Shown here one piece after another: positions 1 through 10,016 of a DNA stretch of 64,000 nucleotides. Below the pieces are notes generated by a model. The model ran no database searches and was not told the DNA's origin. It saw only the letters and a list, made by a program, of their open reading frames with translations. Every line of letters starts with the position of its first letter. Within the stretch, counting starts at the first letter, position 1. The stretch comes from Acaryochloridaceae cyanobacterium VAR_48_metabat_390 (GTDB taxonomy: Bacteria > Cyanobacteriota > Cyanobacteriia > Thermosynechococcales > Thermosynechococcaceae). Location: contig JANPLU010000112.1 of NCBI GenBank assembly GCA_031422435.1, positions 32,001-96,000 of the forward strand, written 5' to 3'. Position numbers and translations under genes: made by a program.

Positions 1-199
1 TCTTGAGTAAAGACTCATCCAAGAGTATGAGAGTTACTAAAAACCCCGAAGCCTAACACCTGAAAGAGTTTTCTGATATTAAACCTGTGCTGAAGTCGCA
101 GTGATATAATAAGCGAAGTTTAACATTTGTTAAGATGTCTTAGAGCGCACAGTTCTACTACCTTTTTGCAAACTACTCACGCACCTTTTAGAATCTTTG

Positions 200-925
200 A
201 TGTCAACTTCATCTCCTCAGCGTGCCCTCATTACAGGAGCCAGTCGCGGTATTGGTAAGGCTACGGCGCTTGCGTTTGCGAAGGCTGGCGTATCAACTAT
301 TTTGTTGGGTCGATCTATCGATCAGCTTCAGGCAACAGCAGAAGAGGTAAAAGCGTTGGGTGCAGAGGCGATCGCCTTTGGCATTGACCTCTCTGAAGTC
401 AACCAGATCAAAGGTCGATTGGCGCAGGTCTTAGAAGCCTCTGGCGCTATAGATATTCTGGTCAATAACGCTGGTATGGGCTACACCGGAGGGCTGCTTA
501 ACACATCCCTCGCAGACTGGCAGCGGGTGCTAGATCTCAACCTGACTAGTCCATTGCAGTGTATCCAGTCTGTTCTGCCCCAGATGCGATCGCGGCACTG
601 CGGCACAATCATCAACGTGATTTCTGTCGCAGGTCGGCAAGCCTTTCCAGATTGGGGAGCTTACTGCGCCAGCAAGTTTGGCCTTATGGGGATGACCAAA
701 ACCCTAGCGCAAGAAGAGCGCTCCTACGGCATTCGGGTTGTAGCTCTCTGTCCAGGGGCAGTTAATACGTCCTTGTGGGACAGTGATACGGTCAATGCTG
801 ACTTTGATCGCTCACAGATGCTGACCCCAGAAGATGTGGCCGATGCCATCGTCCACGCAGCGCTACTGCCCCAAAACGTCGTCCTTGACGAACTGGTGTT
901 GATGCCCAATGCGGGGACGTTTTAA
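200..925 (+). CDS. SDR family NAD(P)-dependent oxidoreductase
   Basis: TGASRGIG Rossmann motif, NNAG and YCASK catalytic motif; ATG at 200. Confidence 0.9.
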   Translation: MSTSSPQRALITGASRGIGKATALAFAKAGVSTILLGRSIDQLQATAEEVKALGAEAIAFGIDLSEVNQIKGRLAQVLEASGAIDILVNNAGMGYTGGLLNTSLADWQRVLDLNLTSPLQCIQSVLPQMRSRHCGTIINVISVAGRQAFPDWGAYCASKFGLMGMTKTLAQEERSYGIRVVALCPGAVNTSLWDSDTVNADFDRSQMLTPEDVADAIVHAALLPQNVVLDELVLMPNAGTF

Positions 926-1019
926 CGTAAACAGAACGTTTCCAAGTTTGCCTTTGGGGGTATTTCCGCTGGAATTAATTCTCCTTTTTGTTGTTCAGTC
1001 ACCTTATTACGCTTGACCT

Positions 1020-1706
1020 ATGACCATTTCTTCAGCCAACCTGTCCGACAGTTTCAACGTGTCTTCTGTCGCCAACCCAGCACGAGACACGCGCGGCCCA
1101 TCTGCTGAGGGTGATGTGGGAAGTCCCCGTAAAGAAGTCACCCATGAAGAAATGATGCAGTCGGTCGAAACGATGCTGATTGGCATTGGGGAAGATCCTG
1201 AGCGCGAAGGGCTACTCAAAACGCCGAAGCGAGTGGCAGAAGCAATGCGATTTCTGACCAGCGGCTATTCTCAATCTTTAGATGACTTAGTCAATGGCGC
1301 AATCTTCAACGAAGGTCATGATGAAGTGGTGCTGGTGCGCGATATCGACCTATTCAGTATGTGTGAACACCACATGCTGCCCTTTGTTGGGAAAGCCCAT
1401 GTTGCCTATATCCCCAACCAAAAGGTGATTGGCCTAAGTAAGTTAGCTCGCATTGTTGAAATGTACTCTCGACGGCTTCAGGTGCAGGAGCGTCTGACGC
1501 GGCAGATTGCAGAAGCAGTTAAAACGGTTCTAGAGCCCCAGGGTGTCGCGGTTGTCATTGAAGCCAGCCACATGTGTATGTCTATGCGTGGAGTTCAAAA
1601 GCCTGGGTCTTGGACCGTCACCAGCTCTATGTTAGGGGTGTTTCGAGACGACCCCAAAACACGGGAAGAGTTTCTCAACCTAATTCGTCATAAGCAAAGT
1701 TTCTAA
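1020..1706 (+). CDS. folE: GTP cyclohydrolase I
   Basis: [23 protein letters not shown] and HMCMSMRG motifs. Confidence 0.97.
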   Translation: MTISSANLSDSFNVSSVANPARDTRGPSAEGDVGSPRKEVTHEEMMQSVETMLIGIGEDPEREGLLKTPKRVAEAMRFLTSGYSQSLDDLVNGAIFNEGHDEVVLVRDIDLFSMCEHHMLPFVGKAHVAYIPNQKVIGLSKLARIVEMYSRRLQVQERLTRQIAEAVKTVLEPQGVAVVIEASHMCMSMRGVQKPGSWTVTSSMLGVFRDDPKTREEFLNLIRHKQSF

Positions 1707-1734
1707 ACACGCTGCCGATGCCTGCAATGGCGTT

Positions 1735-2634
1735 CTAATGGGGATCTTTTTTCTCTAAATCGTCCAGTGCAGCCTGACGCATAACGTCAATAGATGGCTT
1801 GTCACCTGTCCATAGCTCAAAAGCAGCAGCTCCCTGCTGAATTAGCATTTCTAACCCATCTATGGTTTGAAAGTGCTTTTGATGGGCGATCGCTAAAAGC
1901 TGTGTGGGTCTAGGCGTATAGATAAGGTCATAGACAATGGCATGGGAAGGAAGCAAATTCATTGCTTCTTCCCCGAGTGGCGATGCATCCACATTGGGAT
2001 GCATCCCGATAGGCGTAGTGTTGACCACCAGCCCCACTTGAGGCAGCAGTGCGTCAAGGGCTGACCATTCATGAACCTGAACTGAAATCTGTAGTTCCGC
2101 TTGAAGCAGACTCTCCTGAAGAGATTTAAGCTTGAGCAGGTCACGACCGACCACGTGGATCGCAGAACACTGGATCTGATGACACCCTGCAATAACGGCT
2201 CGCGCTGAACCGCCATTGCCTAAGATGCAGACTTCTGTGTCACGCCAGGTTTGATTGAGTGCTTCTAGGGGAGAGACAAAGCCTTGAACATCCGTATTAG
2301 TACCCACCCAGCGATCGCCCTGACGGCTAACTGTATTGACTGCGCCCACGGCCTGAGCTAGAGGTGAGATCTCCTGAAGGAAAGGCATAATGGCCTGTTT
2401 ATGGGGGATGGTGACGTTAAACCCCTGATAGCCGAGAGCCACCATCCCCTTGAGGGCTGCTTCAAGATGCGTCGATTCCACCTTAAGGGGTAAATAGACG
2501 TACTCTAGAGCCGCTTGATTTAGCTTTAAAGCACGAGTCGCCAATGCTGCGTTATGCATCACTGGCGACAAAGAATGCTCAATGGGACATCCGATAACGC
2601 CGAGTAGCTGAGTGGTGCCCCTAATTTGAACCAT
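1735..2634 (-). CDS. aroE: Shikimate dehydrogenase
   Basis: HSLSP, NVTIPHK, GAVNT, NTDV and DGLEMLIQQG motifs. Confidence 0.95.
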   Translation of the reverse strand: MVQIRGTTQLLGVIGCPIEHSLSPVMHNAALATRALKLNQAALEYVYLPLKVESTHLEAALKGMVALGYQGFNVTIPHKQAIMPFLQEISPLAQAVGAVNTVSRQGDRWVGTNTDVQGFVSPLEALNQTWRDTEVCILGNGGSARAVIAGCHQIQCSAIHVVGRDLLKLKSLQESLLQAELQISVQVHEWSALDALLPQVGLVVNTTPIGMHPNVDASPLGEEAMNLLPSHAIVYDLIYTPRPTQLLAIAHQKHFQTIDGLEMLIQQGAAAFELWTGDKPSIDVMRQAALDDLEKKDPH

Positions 2635-2670
2635 AGAATTTATGCGTCTTCACAAAGACATTGAGGAAGC

Positions 2671-3057
<387 letters not shown>

Positions 3058-3083
3058 CTATCATCGCCAGTGAAGAGGTACTT

Positions 3084-3097
3084 GTAGCAGAATATAC
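3084..3097. promoter_or_regulatory. NtcA box upstream of glnB
   Basis: GTAgcagaataTAC matches GTA-N8-TAC; a TAGAAA -10-like hexamer lies 23 nt downstream on the - strand; glnB is a known NtcA target. Confidence 0.7.
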
Positions 3098-3434
3098 CGT
3101 TTTTAGCTTTGTCAGGCAAAGTCTCTCAACCACAGGCTTTTAAGGTAAAGGATTTTGAACTGTCTATTTGGTTGCATCGGGTACAGTTGAGCGGTGAAAG
3201 AAGCGACTAGAGTAAGGCATGTAAAGCCCTAGCCTGATACCCTAGGGTCGAATCCGCTGGGGTCTATTTCTATGATGGGTAACGTTGTGGGCAAAGCTCA
3301 AAGCACTAGAATTAGAGACTAAGGGAATGTATTTTTGTATCTTTTTGCGCCTTTAGTTTTACCTAAGGGACGCAAGATTGGAGGAAACTCCGATAGGTTT
3401 ATTGTTAAAGATTTGCGAGAGAAGAGGCTTGGAC

Positions 3435-6026
3435 ATGCTGGAGCGATATCGTCAACAGGCACAAGAACGCGCTGAAGCGGGCATTCCGCCGCTTCCGTTA
3501 GAGGCTCAACAGGCTACGGAGCTATGTGAGTTAATCAAACACCCTCCAGCGGGGGAAGAAGAGTTTCTGCTAAGTCTTCTGACAGACCGCATTCCCCCTG
3601 GTGTTGACCAAGCGGCCTATGTGAAGGCAGGGTTTTTGACGGCGATCGCCAACTCTACAACCACCAGCCCTCTTGTCTCGCCCAAAGAGGCGGTGCAGCT
3701 ATTGGGCACCATGATGGGCGGGTATAACGTGCGATCGCTCATTGACCTGCTGAGCCATGCCGACCCTGTCCTGGCTCAAACTGCTGCCGACAGCCTCAAA
3801 AAAATCTTGTTAGTGTACGATGCCTTCCATGATGTTCAAGAGCTGGCAGAGAACGGCAACTCCTATGCCCAGCAGGTTCTCCAGTCTTGGGCAGATGCCG
3901 AGTGGTTTACCAGCAAACCTCCCTTGGCTGAATCCATTACCGTAACGGTCTTTAAAGTCCCTGGCGAAACCAATACTGACGACCTCTCGCCTGCCACCCA
4001 CGCCACCACGCGCCCCGATATCCCGCTCCATGCCCTTGCTATGCTCGAAACAAAGCAGCCTGGATCGTTAGAAACGATTGTGGAGCTAAAGAAAAAAGGG
4101 CATCCCGTTGCCTACGTGGGCGACGTGGTGGGGACAGGATCCTCTCGTAAATCTGCCATTAACTCGGTGCTGTGGCATGTGGGGGACGATATCCCCTTTG
4201 TGCCCAATAAGCGCGGCGGCGGCTATGTCTTGGGCAGCAAAATTGCGCCCATCTTTTTTAACACTGCTGAAGATTCTGGCGCGCTACCCATTGAGTGCGA
4301 CGTCACGGGGATGGAAACCGGAGATGTGATCACGATTTATCCCTATAAAGGTAAAATCACCAACGCGGCGGGAGAGGTTATTTCGACGTTTACCCTCAAT
4401 CCTGACACCATTTTGGATGAAGTCCGTGCCGGAGGCCGAATTCCGCTCTTGATTGGTCGTACTCTAACCGACAAAATTCGGATGGCAATGGGGTTAGCGC
4501 CCAGCCCTCTCTTTATTAGACCCAGCGCCCCTGTCGATACGGGCAAAGGCTTTACCCTGGCTCAAAAAATGGTAGGTAAAGCCTGCGGGCTAGTTGGCGT
4601 GCGTCCTGGTACCTCCTGCGAACCCATCATGACGACGATTGGCTCCCAAGACACCACGGGTCCCATGACCCGCGATGAGCTAAAGGAACTCGCCTGTCTA
4701 GGCTTCAGCGCTGATTTGGTGATGCAAAGTTTTTGCCATACTGCTGCCTACCCCAAGCCTGTGGATCTCAAAACCCATCACGATTTGCCTGACTTCATCA
4801 ACTCACGGGGCGGTGTCTCTCTTCACCCAGGAGACGGCATTATCCACTCTTGGCTTAACCGGATGCTGCTGCCAGATACCGTCGGCACAGGCGGCGATTC
4901 CCATACCCGCTTCCCCCTGGGGATTTCGTTCCCCGCTGGGTCTGGGCTAGTGGCCTTTGCCGCAGCGTTGGGCGTAATGCCGCTGGACATGCCGGAATCG
5001 GTGCTGGTGCGGTTTAAGGGCAGTCTGCAACCAGGCGTGACGCTACGAGACGTAGTGAATGCAATCCCCTATGTGGCAATCCAGCAGGGCACGTTGACGG
5101 TTGCGAAGGAGAATAAGAAAAATATCTACTCTGGCAAAATTATTGAGATGGAAGGGTTACCCGACCTCAAGCTAGAGCAAGCCTTTGAGCTGACGGATGC
5201 TACTGCAGAAAGATCGGCGGCGGGGTGTGCGATCGCCCTTAGCCCTACAACTGTTGCTGAGTACCTTAGCTCCAACGTTGCGCTACTCAAAAATATGGTG
5301 GCGCGGGGCTACGGCGATGCTCGTACCATTCTGCGCCGCGTCCGCAAAATGGAGGAATGGCTGGCAAATCCATCTCTACTGAAGGCAGACCCCGATGCAG
5401 AATATGCCGAAATTATTGAGGTAGATCTCGACCAGATTACGGAGCCGCTAGTTGCTGCACCCAACGACCCTGACAACATTAAGCTGATGTCTGAATGTGC
5501 AGGCGACCCCATCCAGGAAGTGTTTATCGGCTCCTGTATGACCAATATTGGGCACTATCGTGCTGCCGCAAAGGTGCTTGAGGGCGCAACCTCTGTCAAG
5601 GTGCGCCTCTGGATTGCGCCGCCCACCCGCATGGATGAACAGCATCTACGAGAAGAGGGCATCTACGACATTTTTAAGGCTGCTGGGGCACGAACTGAAG
5701 TACCAGGATGCAGTCTCTGCATGGGCAACCAGGCTCGTGTAGATGACGGCGTAACGGTTTTTTCTACCTCTACCCGTAACTTTAATAACCGCATGGGTAA
5801 AGGCGCTCAGGTCTACCTTGGCTCGGCGGAGTTAGCGGCGGTCTGTGCGCTGCTGGGCAAAATGCCGACGGTTGAAGAATATATGGAGATTGTTCAGAAA
5901 AAGATTGACCCCTTTGCTAGCGATCTATACCGCTACCTCAACTTTGACCAAATTGCTGGGTTTGCCGATGAGGGGCGAGTTGTCTCGAAGGATGATGAGG
6001 CTAAGCTGATGGCGGCAGTGGGTTAA
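3435..6026 (+). CDS. acnB: Aconitate hydratase B
   Basis: GETNTDDLSPA, GSSRKSAINS, QSFCHT, FIGSCMTNIG and GCSLCMGNQ motifs; ATG at 3435. Confidence 0.97.
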   Translation: MLERYRQQAQERAEAGIPPLPLEAQQATELCELIKHPPAGEEEFLLSLLTDRIPPGVDQAAYVKAGFLTAIANSTTTSPLVSPKEAVQLLGTMMGGYNVRSLIDLLSHADPVLAQTAADSLKKILLVYDAFHDVQELAENGNSYAQQVLQSWADAEWFTSKPPLAESITVTVFKVPGETNTDDLSPATHATTRPDIPLHALAMLETKQPGSLETIVELKKKGHPVAYVGDVVGTGSSRKSAINSVLWHVGDDIPFVPNKRGGGYVLGSKIAPIFFNTAEDSGALPIECDVTGMETGDVITIYPYKGKITNAAGEVISTFTLNPDTILDEVRAGGRIPLLIGRTLTDKIRMAMGLAPSPLFIRPSAPVDTGKGFTLAQKMVGKACGLVGVRPGTSCEPIMTTIGSQDTTGPMTRDELKELACLGFSADLVMQSFCHTAAYPKPVDLKTHHDLPDFINSRGGVSLHPGDGIIHSWLNRMLLPDTVGTGGDSHTRFPLGISFPAGSGLVAFAAALGVMPLDMPESVLVRFKGSLQPGVTLRDVVNAIPYVAIQQGTLTVAKENKKNIYSGKIIEMEGLPDLKLEQAFELTDATAERSAAGCAIALSPTTVAEYLSSNVALLKNMVARGYGDARTILRRVRKMEEWLANPSLLKADPDAEYAEIIEVDLDQITEPLVAAPNDPDNIKLMSECAGDPIQEVFIGSCMTNIGHYRAAAKVLEGATSVKVRLWIAPPTRMDEQHLREEGIYDIFKAAGARTEVPGCSLCMGNQARVDDGVTVFSTSTRNFNNRMGKGAQVYLGSAELAAVCALLGKMPTVEEYMEIVQKKIDPFASDLYRYLNFDQIAGFADEGRVVSKDDEAKLMAAVG

Positions 6027-6584
6027 GGCTCACCTTTTTTGCAATGCCTACTCTTACGAGATCTGAAGAGACCTCTTGCGCGAATATGCCCCTCTCGCCC
6101 ACAACGGGCGAGGGAAACCAGAATTAGCTTTTCTACCACTAGGGAAGAAAGGTAAAGCCTTTGGCTATAAGAAAGGGATGAGGGGGGTAGGATTGATGCA
6201 AGAGATCTACTGGACATGACTTTGAATTAGTTTGTGTTCAAGGGATTTAGCCATGCCTCTTCCATTTAGAGAGGAAGCAATGAGAAAACTTCGTCGCCAG
6301 TAATTATAGGAAGCAAAGTCATTGAGGTTTAGAAAGGGCGATTGAGTAAAGAGACAATCCCCTTGAATTTTTTGGAAATTAGGGATGAGAATTCCACGGT
6401 AGCGCCAGCTCCCATGCTGACTTCTCAGAGCTTATCTCGCCGAAAAAAAGCATGAGATGAACTCTGTAGACTATGATCAGTCGTTCACTCGACAGTTAGT
6501 TTTTCTGTGGCTAAACCAAAAAACCAGAGTTTTAATGTTCTGTGAGTTGCCCATTCTTTGAACCCTATTTACAGAAGATTCTCC

Positions 6585-7553
6585 ATGAGCTATCTCGAAA
6601 CTACTGCGCAATTCTACGCCGATGCCGCTGAAACGCCCCAAGTAGGGCTATGCTGCGTCACCGCACCCCCCATCCAGTTGCCCGGTCTTAATGTGCCAGA
6701 CATTATGCAGCAGATGAACTACGGCTGCGGCTCCACGGTACATGCCGCAGAGCTATTCGGGAACCCAACGGTCTTATATATTGGCGTAGGCGGCGGTCTA
6801 GAAGCGCTCCAGTTTGCCTATTTTGGGCGCAAGCCTGGTGCCGTCATCGCGGTGGATCCGGTACCGGAAATGCGGCTGGCGGCCCAGCAGAATTTAGCCT
6901 TAGCCACAGAGCAAAACGATTGGTTTGACCCCTCCTTTGTCCAGGTTTTAGAAGGGGATGCGTTTGCGTTGCCCGTGCCCAATACTTCCGTAGATGTGGT
7001 GGCGCAAAACTGTCTGTTCAATATTTTTGAGGCAGCAGACCTCCAACGGGCTTTAGCTGAAACCTATCGCGTCCTGAAGCCAGGGGGGCGTTTGCTCATG
7101 AGTGACCCTATCGCAGATCGATCCATCCCAGCCCATCTTCAGCAGGATGAGCGATTACGGGCTATGTGCCTATCGGGAGCCATGACCTACGACGAATACG
7201 TTCGATTTATTGTGCAGGCAGGGTTTGGTCAGGTCGAAATTCGAGCGCGACGACCCTATCGTCTCTTAGATACCCACAGCTATGCAATCGAAACGCCGCT
7301 GCTGCTAGAAAGCCTCGATTCTGTGGCCTACAAAGTGCCCATCCCAGAAGACGGTGCCTGCATTTTTACGGGCAAAACAGCTATTTATACAGGCACAGAA
7401 CCTATGTTTGATGATCGCGCCGGACATGTTTTGTCCCGAGGGCTACCCGCTGCGGTGTGTGACAAAACGGCAGCGAATCTTGCACGCACGCTGCCGCAAG
7501 AAATTCTCGTGACCGATTCGACTTGGCACTATACAGGCGGCGGTTGCTGCTAA
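6585..7553 (+). CDS. arsM: Arsenite S-adenosylmethyltransferase, arsenosugar-associated type
   Basis: GLCC, NYGCG, SAM motif IGVGGG, QNCLFN, RAMCLSGA and a C-terminal GGGCC. Confidence 0.85.
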   Translation: MSYLETTAQFYADAAETPQVGLCCVTAPPIQLPGLNVPDIMQQMNYGCGSTVHAAELFGNPTVLYIGVGGGLEALQFAYFGRKPGAVIAVDPVPEMRLAAQQNLALATEQNDWFDPSFVQVLEGDAFALPVPNTSVDVVAQNCLFNIFEAADLQRALAETYRVLKPGGRLLMSDPIADRSIPAHLQQDERLRAMCLSGAMTYDEYVRFIVQAGFGQVEIRARRPYRLLDTHSYAIETPLLLESLDSVAYKVPIPEDGACIFTGKTAIYTGTEPMFDDRAGHVLSRGLPAAVCDKTAANLARTLPQEILVTDSTWHYTGGGCC

Positions 7554-8557
7554 TGATGCACACTGTCATACCCTTTCAAGAAAAACTGAGTACGCTTGGT
7601 GGGAGGCGATCGCCTCTCACTAAGGCACCCATCAGCGTGCTGCAAATTAACCTAGGCAAGCGCTGTAACTTGGCCTGTACCCACTGCCATGTTGAAGCAG
7701 GTCCCAACCGCACTGAAGAACTATTTCCAGAAGTGTGTGAGCAGTTGATTGCCGTAATTGATCGATTTGCGCAGATCAAAACGGTGGACTTAACAGGCGG
7801 TGCGCCCGAAATGCTCTACGGCTTTAAGCCAATTGTGGAAGCCTCTCGCCGCGCAGGGAAGCGGGTAATTGTGCGCTCTAATTTGACGATCTATTTTGAA
7901 GATGGGTTTAGCGACATCCCAGACTACTGCGCCCAGCATCAGGTACAAATTGTTGCGTCTTTACCGTGCTATTTAGCCGATAACGTAGATAAGATGCGTG
8001 GTCACGGGGTCTACGAGGCTTCGATTAGAGCGCTGCAATGGCTCAATCGACTGGGCTATGGGCAAGACCCAAACTTAGTTCTGGACCTGGTGTATAACCC
8101 GCCTATGCCGAGAAGCGATCGCCCTTTTTCTCTCACCCCAGGCCAAAAAAGCCTAGAGCAAGATTACCGAGATTTTCTCCAGTCACACTTTGGCATTGTC
8201 TTTAGCAATCTCTACACCATTACCAATCTTCCTGTCGGCAGAACGGGGCAGTACCTCCAGCGCCAAAAGCTATATCAGCCCTATGTTCAGTTTTTGGCCG
8301 ACCACTTTAATGCCCAAACCGTAGAAGGCTTGATGTGTCGCAATGAGCTATCGGTAGACTACCTGGGCAATATTTATGACTGTGACTTTAACCAAATGGC
8401 TGAAATTCCCGCAAAAAAGGCCGATGGGGAACCGCTGACGATCGCAACGCTTCTAGCAGCAAATACGCTAGATCTGATCCATGAAATTCAGACGGCACCC
8501 TACTGCTATGGGTGTACGGCGGGGTGCGGCTCTAGCTGTGGTGGGGCTTTGACTTAA
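7553..8557 (+). CDS. arsS: Radical SAM protein of arsenosugar biosynthesis (Cys-rich C-terminus)
   Basis: CNLACTHC, DLTGGAPE, YDCDFNQ and CYGCTAGCGSSCGG; TAATG overlap with arsM. Confidence 0.85.
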   Translation: MMHTVIPFQEKLSTLGGRRSPLTKAPISVLQINLGKRCNLACTHCHVEAGPNRTEELFPEVCEQLIAVIDRFAQIKTVDLTGGAPEMLYGFKPIVEASRRAGKRVIVRSNLTIYFEDGFSDIPDYCAQHQVQIVASLPCYLADNVDKMRGHGVYEASIRALQWLNRLGYGQDPNLVLDLVYNPPMPRSDRPFSLTPGQKSLEQDYRDFLQSHFGIVFSNLYTITNLPVGRTGQYLQRQKLYQPYVQFLADHFNAQTVEGLMCRNELSVDYLGNIYDCDFNQMAEIPAKKADGEPLTIATLLAANTLDLIHEIQTAPYCYGCTAGCGSSCGGALT

Positions 8558-8565
8558 CGCCAGGA

Positions 8566-9291
8566 ATGAATGTGCCCCCTAAAATTGCTTTAGAACGAAT
8601 TTCTGTAATTATTCCGGTCTTGAATGAAGCAGAACGGGTTGAGGGGGCGATCACCAGCATTCCCCCCAGCACCCACACCGAAGTAATTGTGGTTGATGGC
8701 GGCTCCACAGACGGCACCGTAGAACTAGTGCAGGGGTTGGGCGTAAAAGTTTTGTCTAGTCCTGCGGGACGCGCCACTCAAATGAATACAGGGGCAGCGG
8801 CAGCTACGGGCGAAATATTCGTATTTCTCCATGCTGACACCCATTTACCGCCTAGGTTTGATGTGCTTATTCGCACAGCCCTACAGCCTTCTCAGCAGCC
8901 CATGCCGATCGCAGGGGCGTTTGCTTTGCGAATTGATGCGCCTATGACACGACTGCGCTGGGTGGAGCGTGGGGTCAATTGGCGATCGCGCTGGCTCCAG
9001 ATGCCCTATGGCGACCAGGCAATCTTTTTGAGAGCAGAAGTCTTTGAAAAAATGGGCGGTTTCCCTGATCTGCCCATCATGGAAGATTTTGAGCTAATAC
9101 GTCGGCTCAAGCAGCGTGGGTCAATTGTGATTTTGTCTACCCCTGTTCTTACGTCAGCGCGGCGATGGCTTCAGCGCGGCGTGTTAAAAACGACGCTGAT
9201 AAATCAGCTTATGATTTTGGGATACCTGTTGGGTGTTAGCGCCTCACGCCTCGTACAGCTATATCATTCACGAAACGTCTGGAGGTCTTAA
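8566..9291 (+). CDS. Family 2 glycosyltransferase of the arsS-associated type
   Basis: SVIIPVLNE, VVDGGSTDGT, FLHADT, PYGDQ, MED and TSARRW motifs. Confidence 0.85.
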   Translation: MNVPPKIALERISVIIPVLNEAERVEGAITSIPPSTHTEVIVVDGGSTDGTVELVQGLGVKVLSSPAGRATQMNTGAAAATGEIFVFLHADTHLPPRFDVLIRTALQPSQQPMPIAGAFALRIDAPMTRLRWVERGVNWRSRWLQMPYGDQAIFLRAEVFEKMGGFPDLPIMEDFELIRRLKQRGSIVILSTPVLTSARRWLQRGVLKTTLINQLMILGYLLGVSASRLVQLYHSRNVWRS

Positions 9292-10016
9292 TGACATTGA
9301 CCTTGCTCAAACTTGACATTGAGCTGCTAAGGAACGGCTGTTTGGCAATTGCGCAAGCTGCTGCATCGAGCTTTAACCCACAAGAGATTTTACGCAGCGC
9401 CTTGGAATGGGTGAATGGGCTAGGGACATTGGGAGCGATCGCCTTTATCGTCATCTACATCATTGCCACCGTCGCGTTTGTTCCAGGTTCCATTCTGACC
9501 CTTGGAGCTGGTGTGGTCTTTGGAATAGGCTTGGGTTCGCTTTATGTTTTAGTCGGGGCGACTTTGGGCGCGACTGCGGCCTTTTTAGTCGGGCGCTATC
9601 TAGCACGGGGCTGGGTTTCTCAAAAAATTGCAGGAAAGATAAAGTTTCGCGCTATTGACGAAGCCGTAGGTCGTGAAGGTTTCAAAATCGTGCTGCTCAC
9701 GCGGCTTTCCCCCATTTTTCCGTTTAATCTGCTGAACTATGCCTATGGAGTGACGGGTATTGCCCTCAAAGACTATATTCTGGCCTCCATTGGTATGATA
9801 CCGGGTACCATTCTGTACGTTTATATCGGCTCTTTGGCAGGCAGCATTGCGACCTTGGGCACTGGCACGCAGCCCACCGCCAATCTAGGAGTGCAGTGGG
9901 CAATTCGCATCATTGGCTTTATTGCTACTGCTGCCGTTACGGTTTATGTCACGCGAGTAGCCCGTAAGGCGTTAGCTGAAGCCGTCCCAGACCCAGAAGG
10001 AGAACGCCATGCATGA
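9291..10016 (+). CDS. TVP38/TMEM64 (DedA superfamily) membrane protein
   Basis: Hydrophobic protein with the LLTRLSPIFPFNLLNYAYG signature. Confidence 0.9.
   Translation: MTLTLLKLDIELLRNGCLAIAQAAASSFNPQEILRSALEWVNGLGTLGAIAFIVIYIIATVAFVPGSILTLGAGVVFGIGLGSLYVLVGATLGATAAFLVGRYLARGWVSQKIAGKIKFRAIDEAVGREGFKIVLLTRLSPIFPFNLLNYAYGVTGIALKDYILASIGMIPGTILYVYIGSLAGSIATLGTGTQPTANLGVQWAIRIIGFIATAAVTVYVTRVARKALAEAVPDPEGERHA

Noticed and set aside
6088..6190. CCCTCTCGCCC...GGGCGAGGG hairpin and GGGATGAGGG tract as an ncRNA
   Set aside because: Looks like a degenerate common cyanobacterial intergenic repeat or the acnB terminator; nothing further supports it
7553..8557. Selenocysteine recoding in arsS or arsM
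   Set aside because: The Cys-rich motifs use ordinary Cys codons and both frames end in TAA with no in-frame TGA
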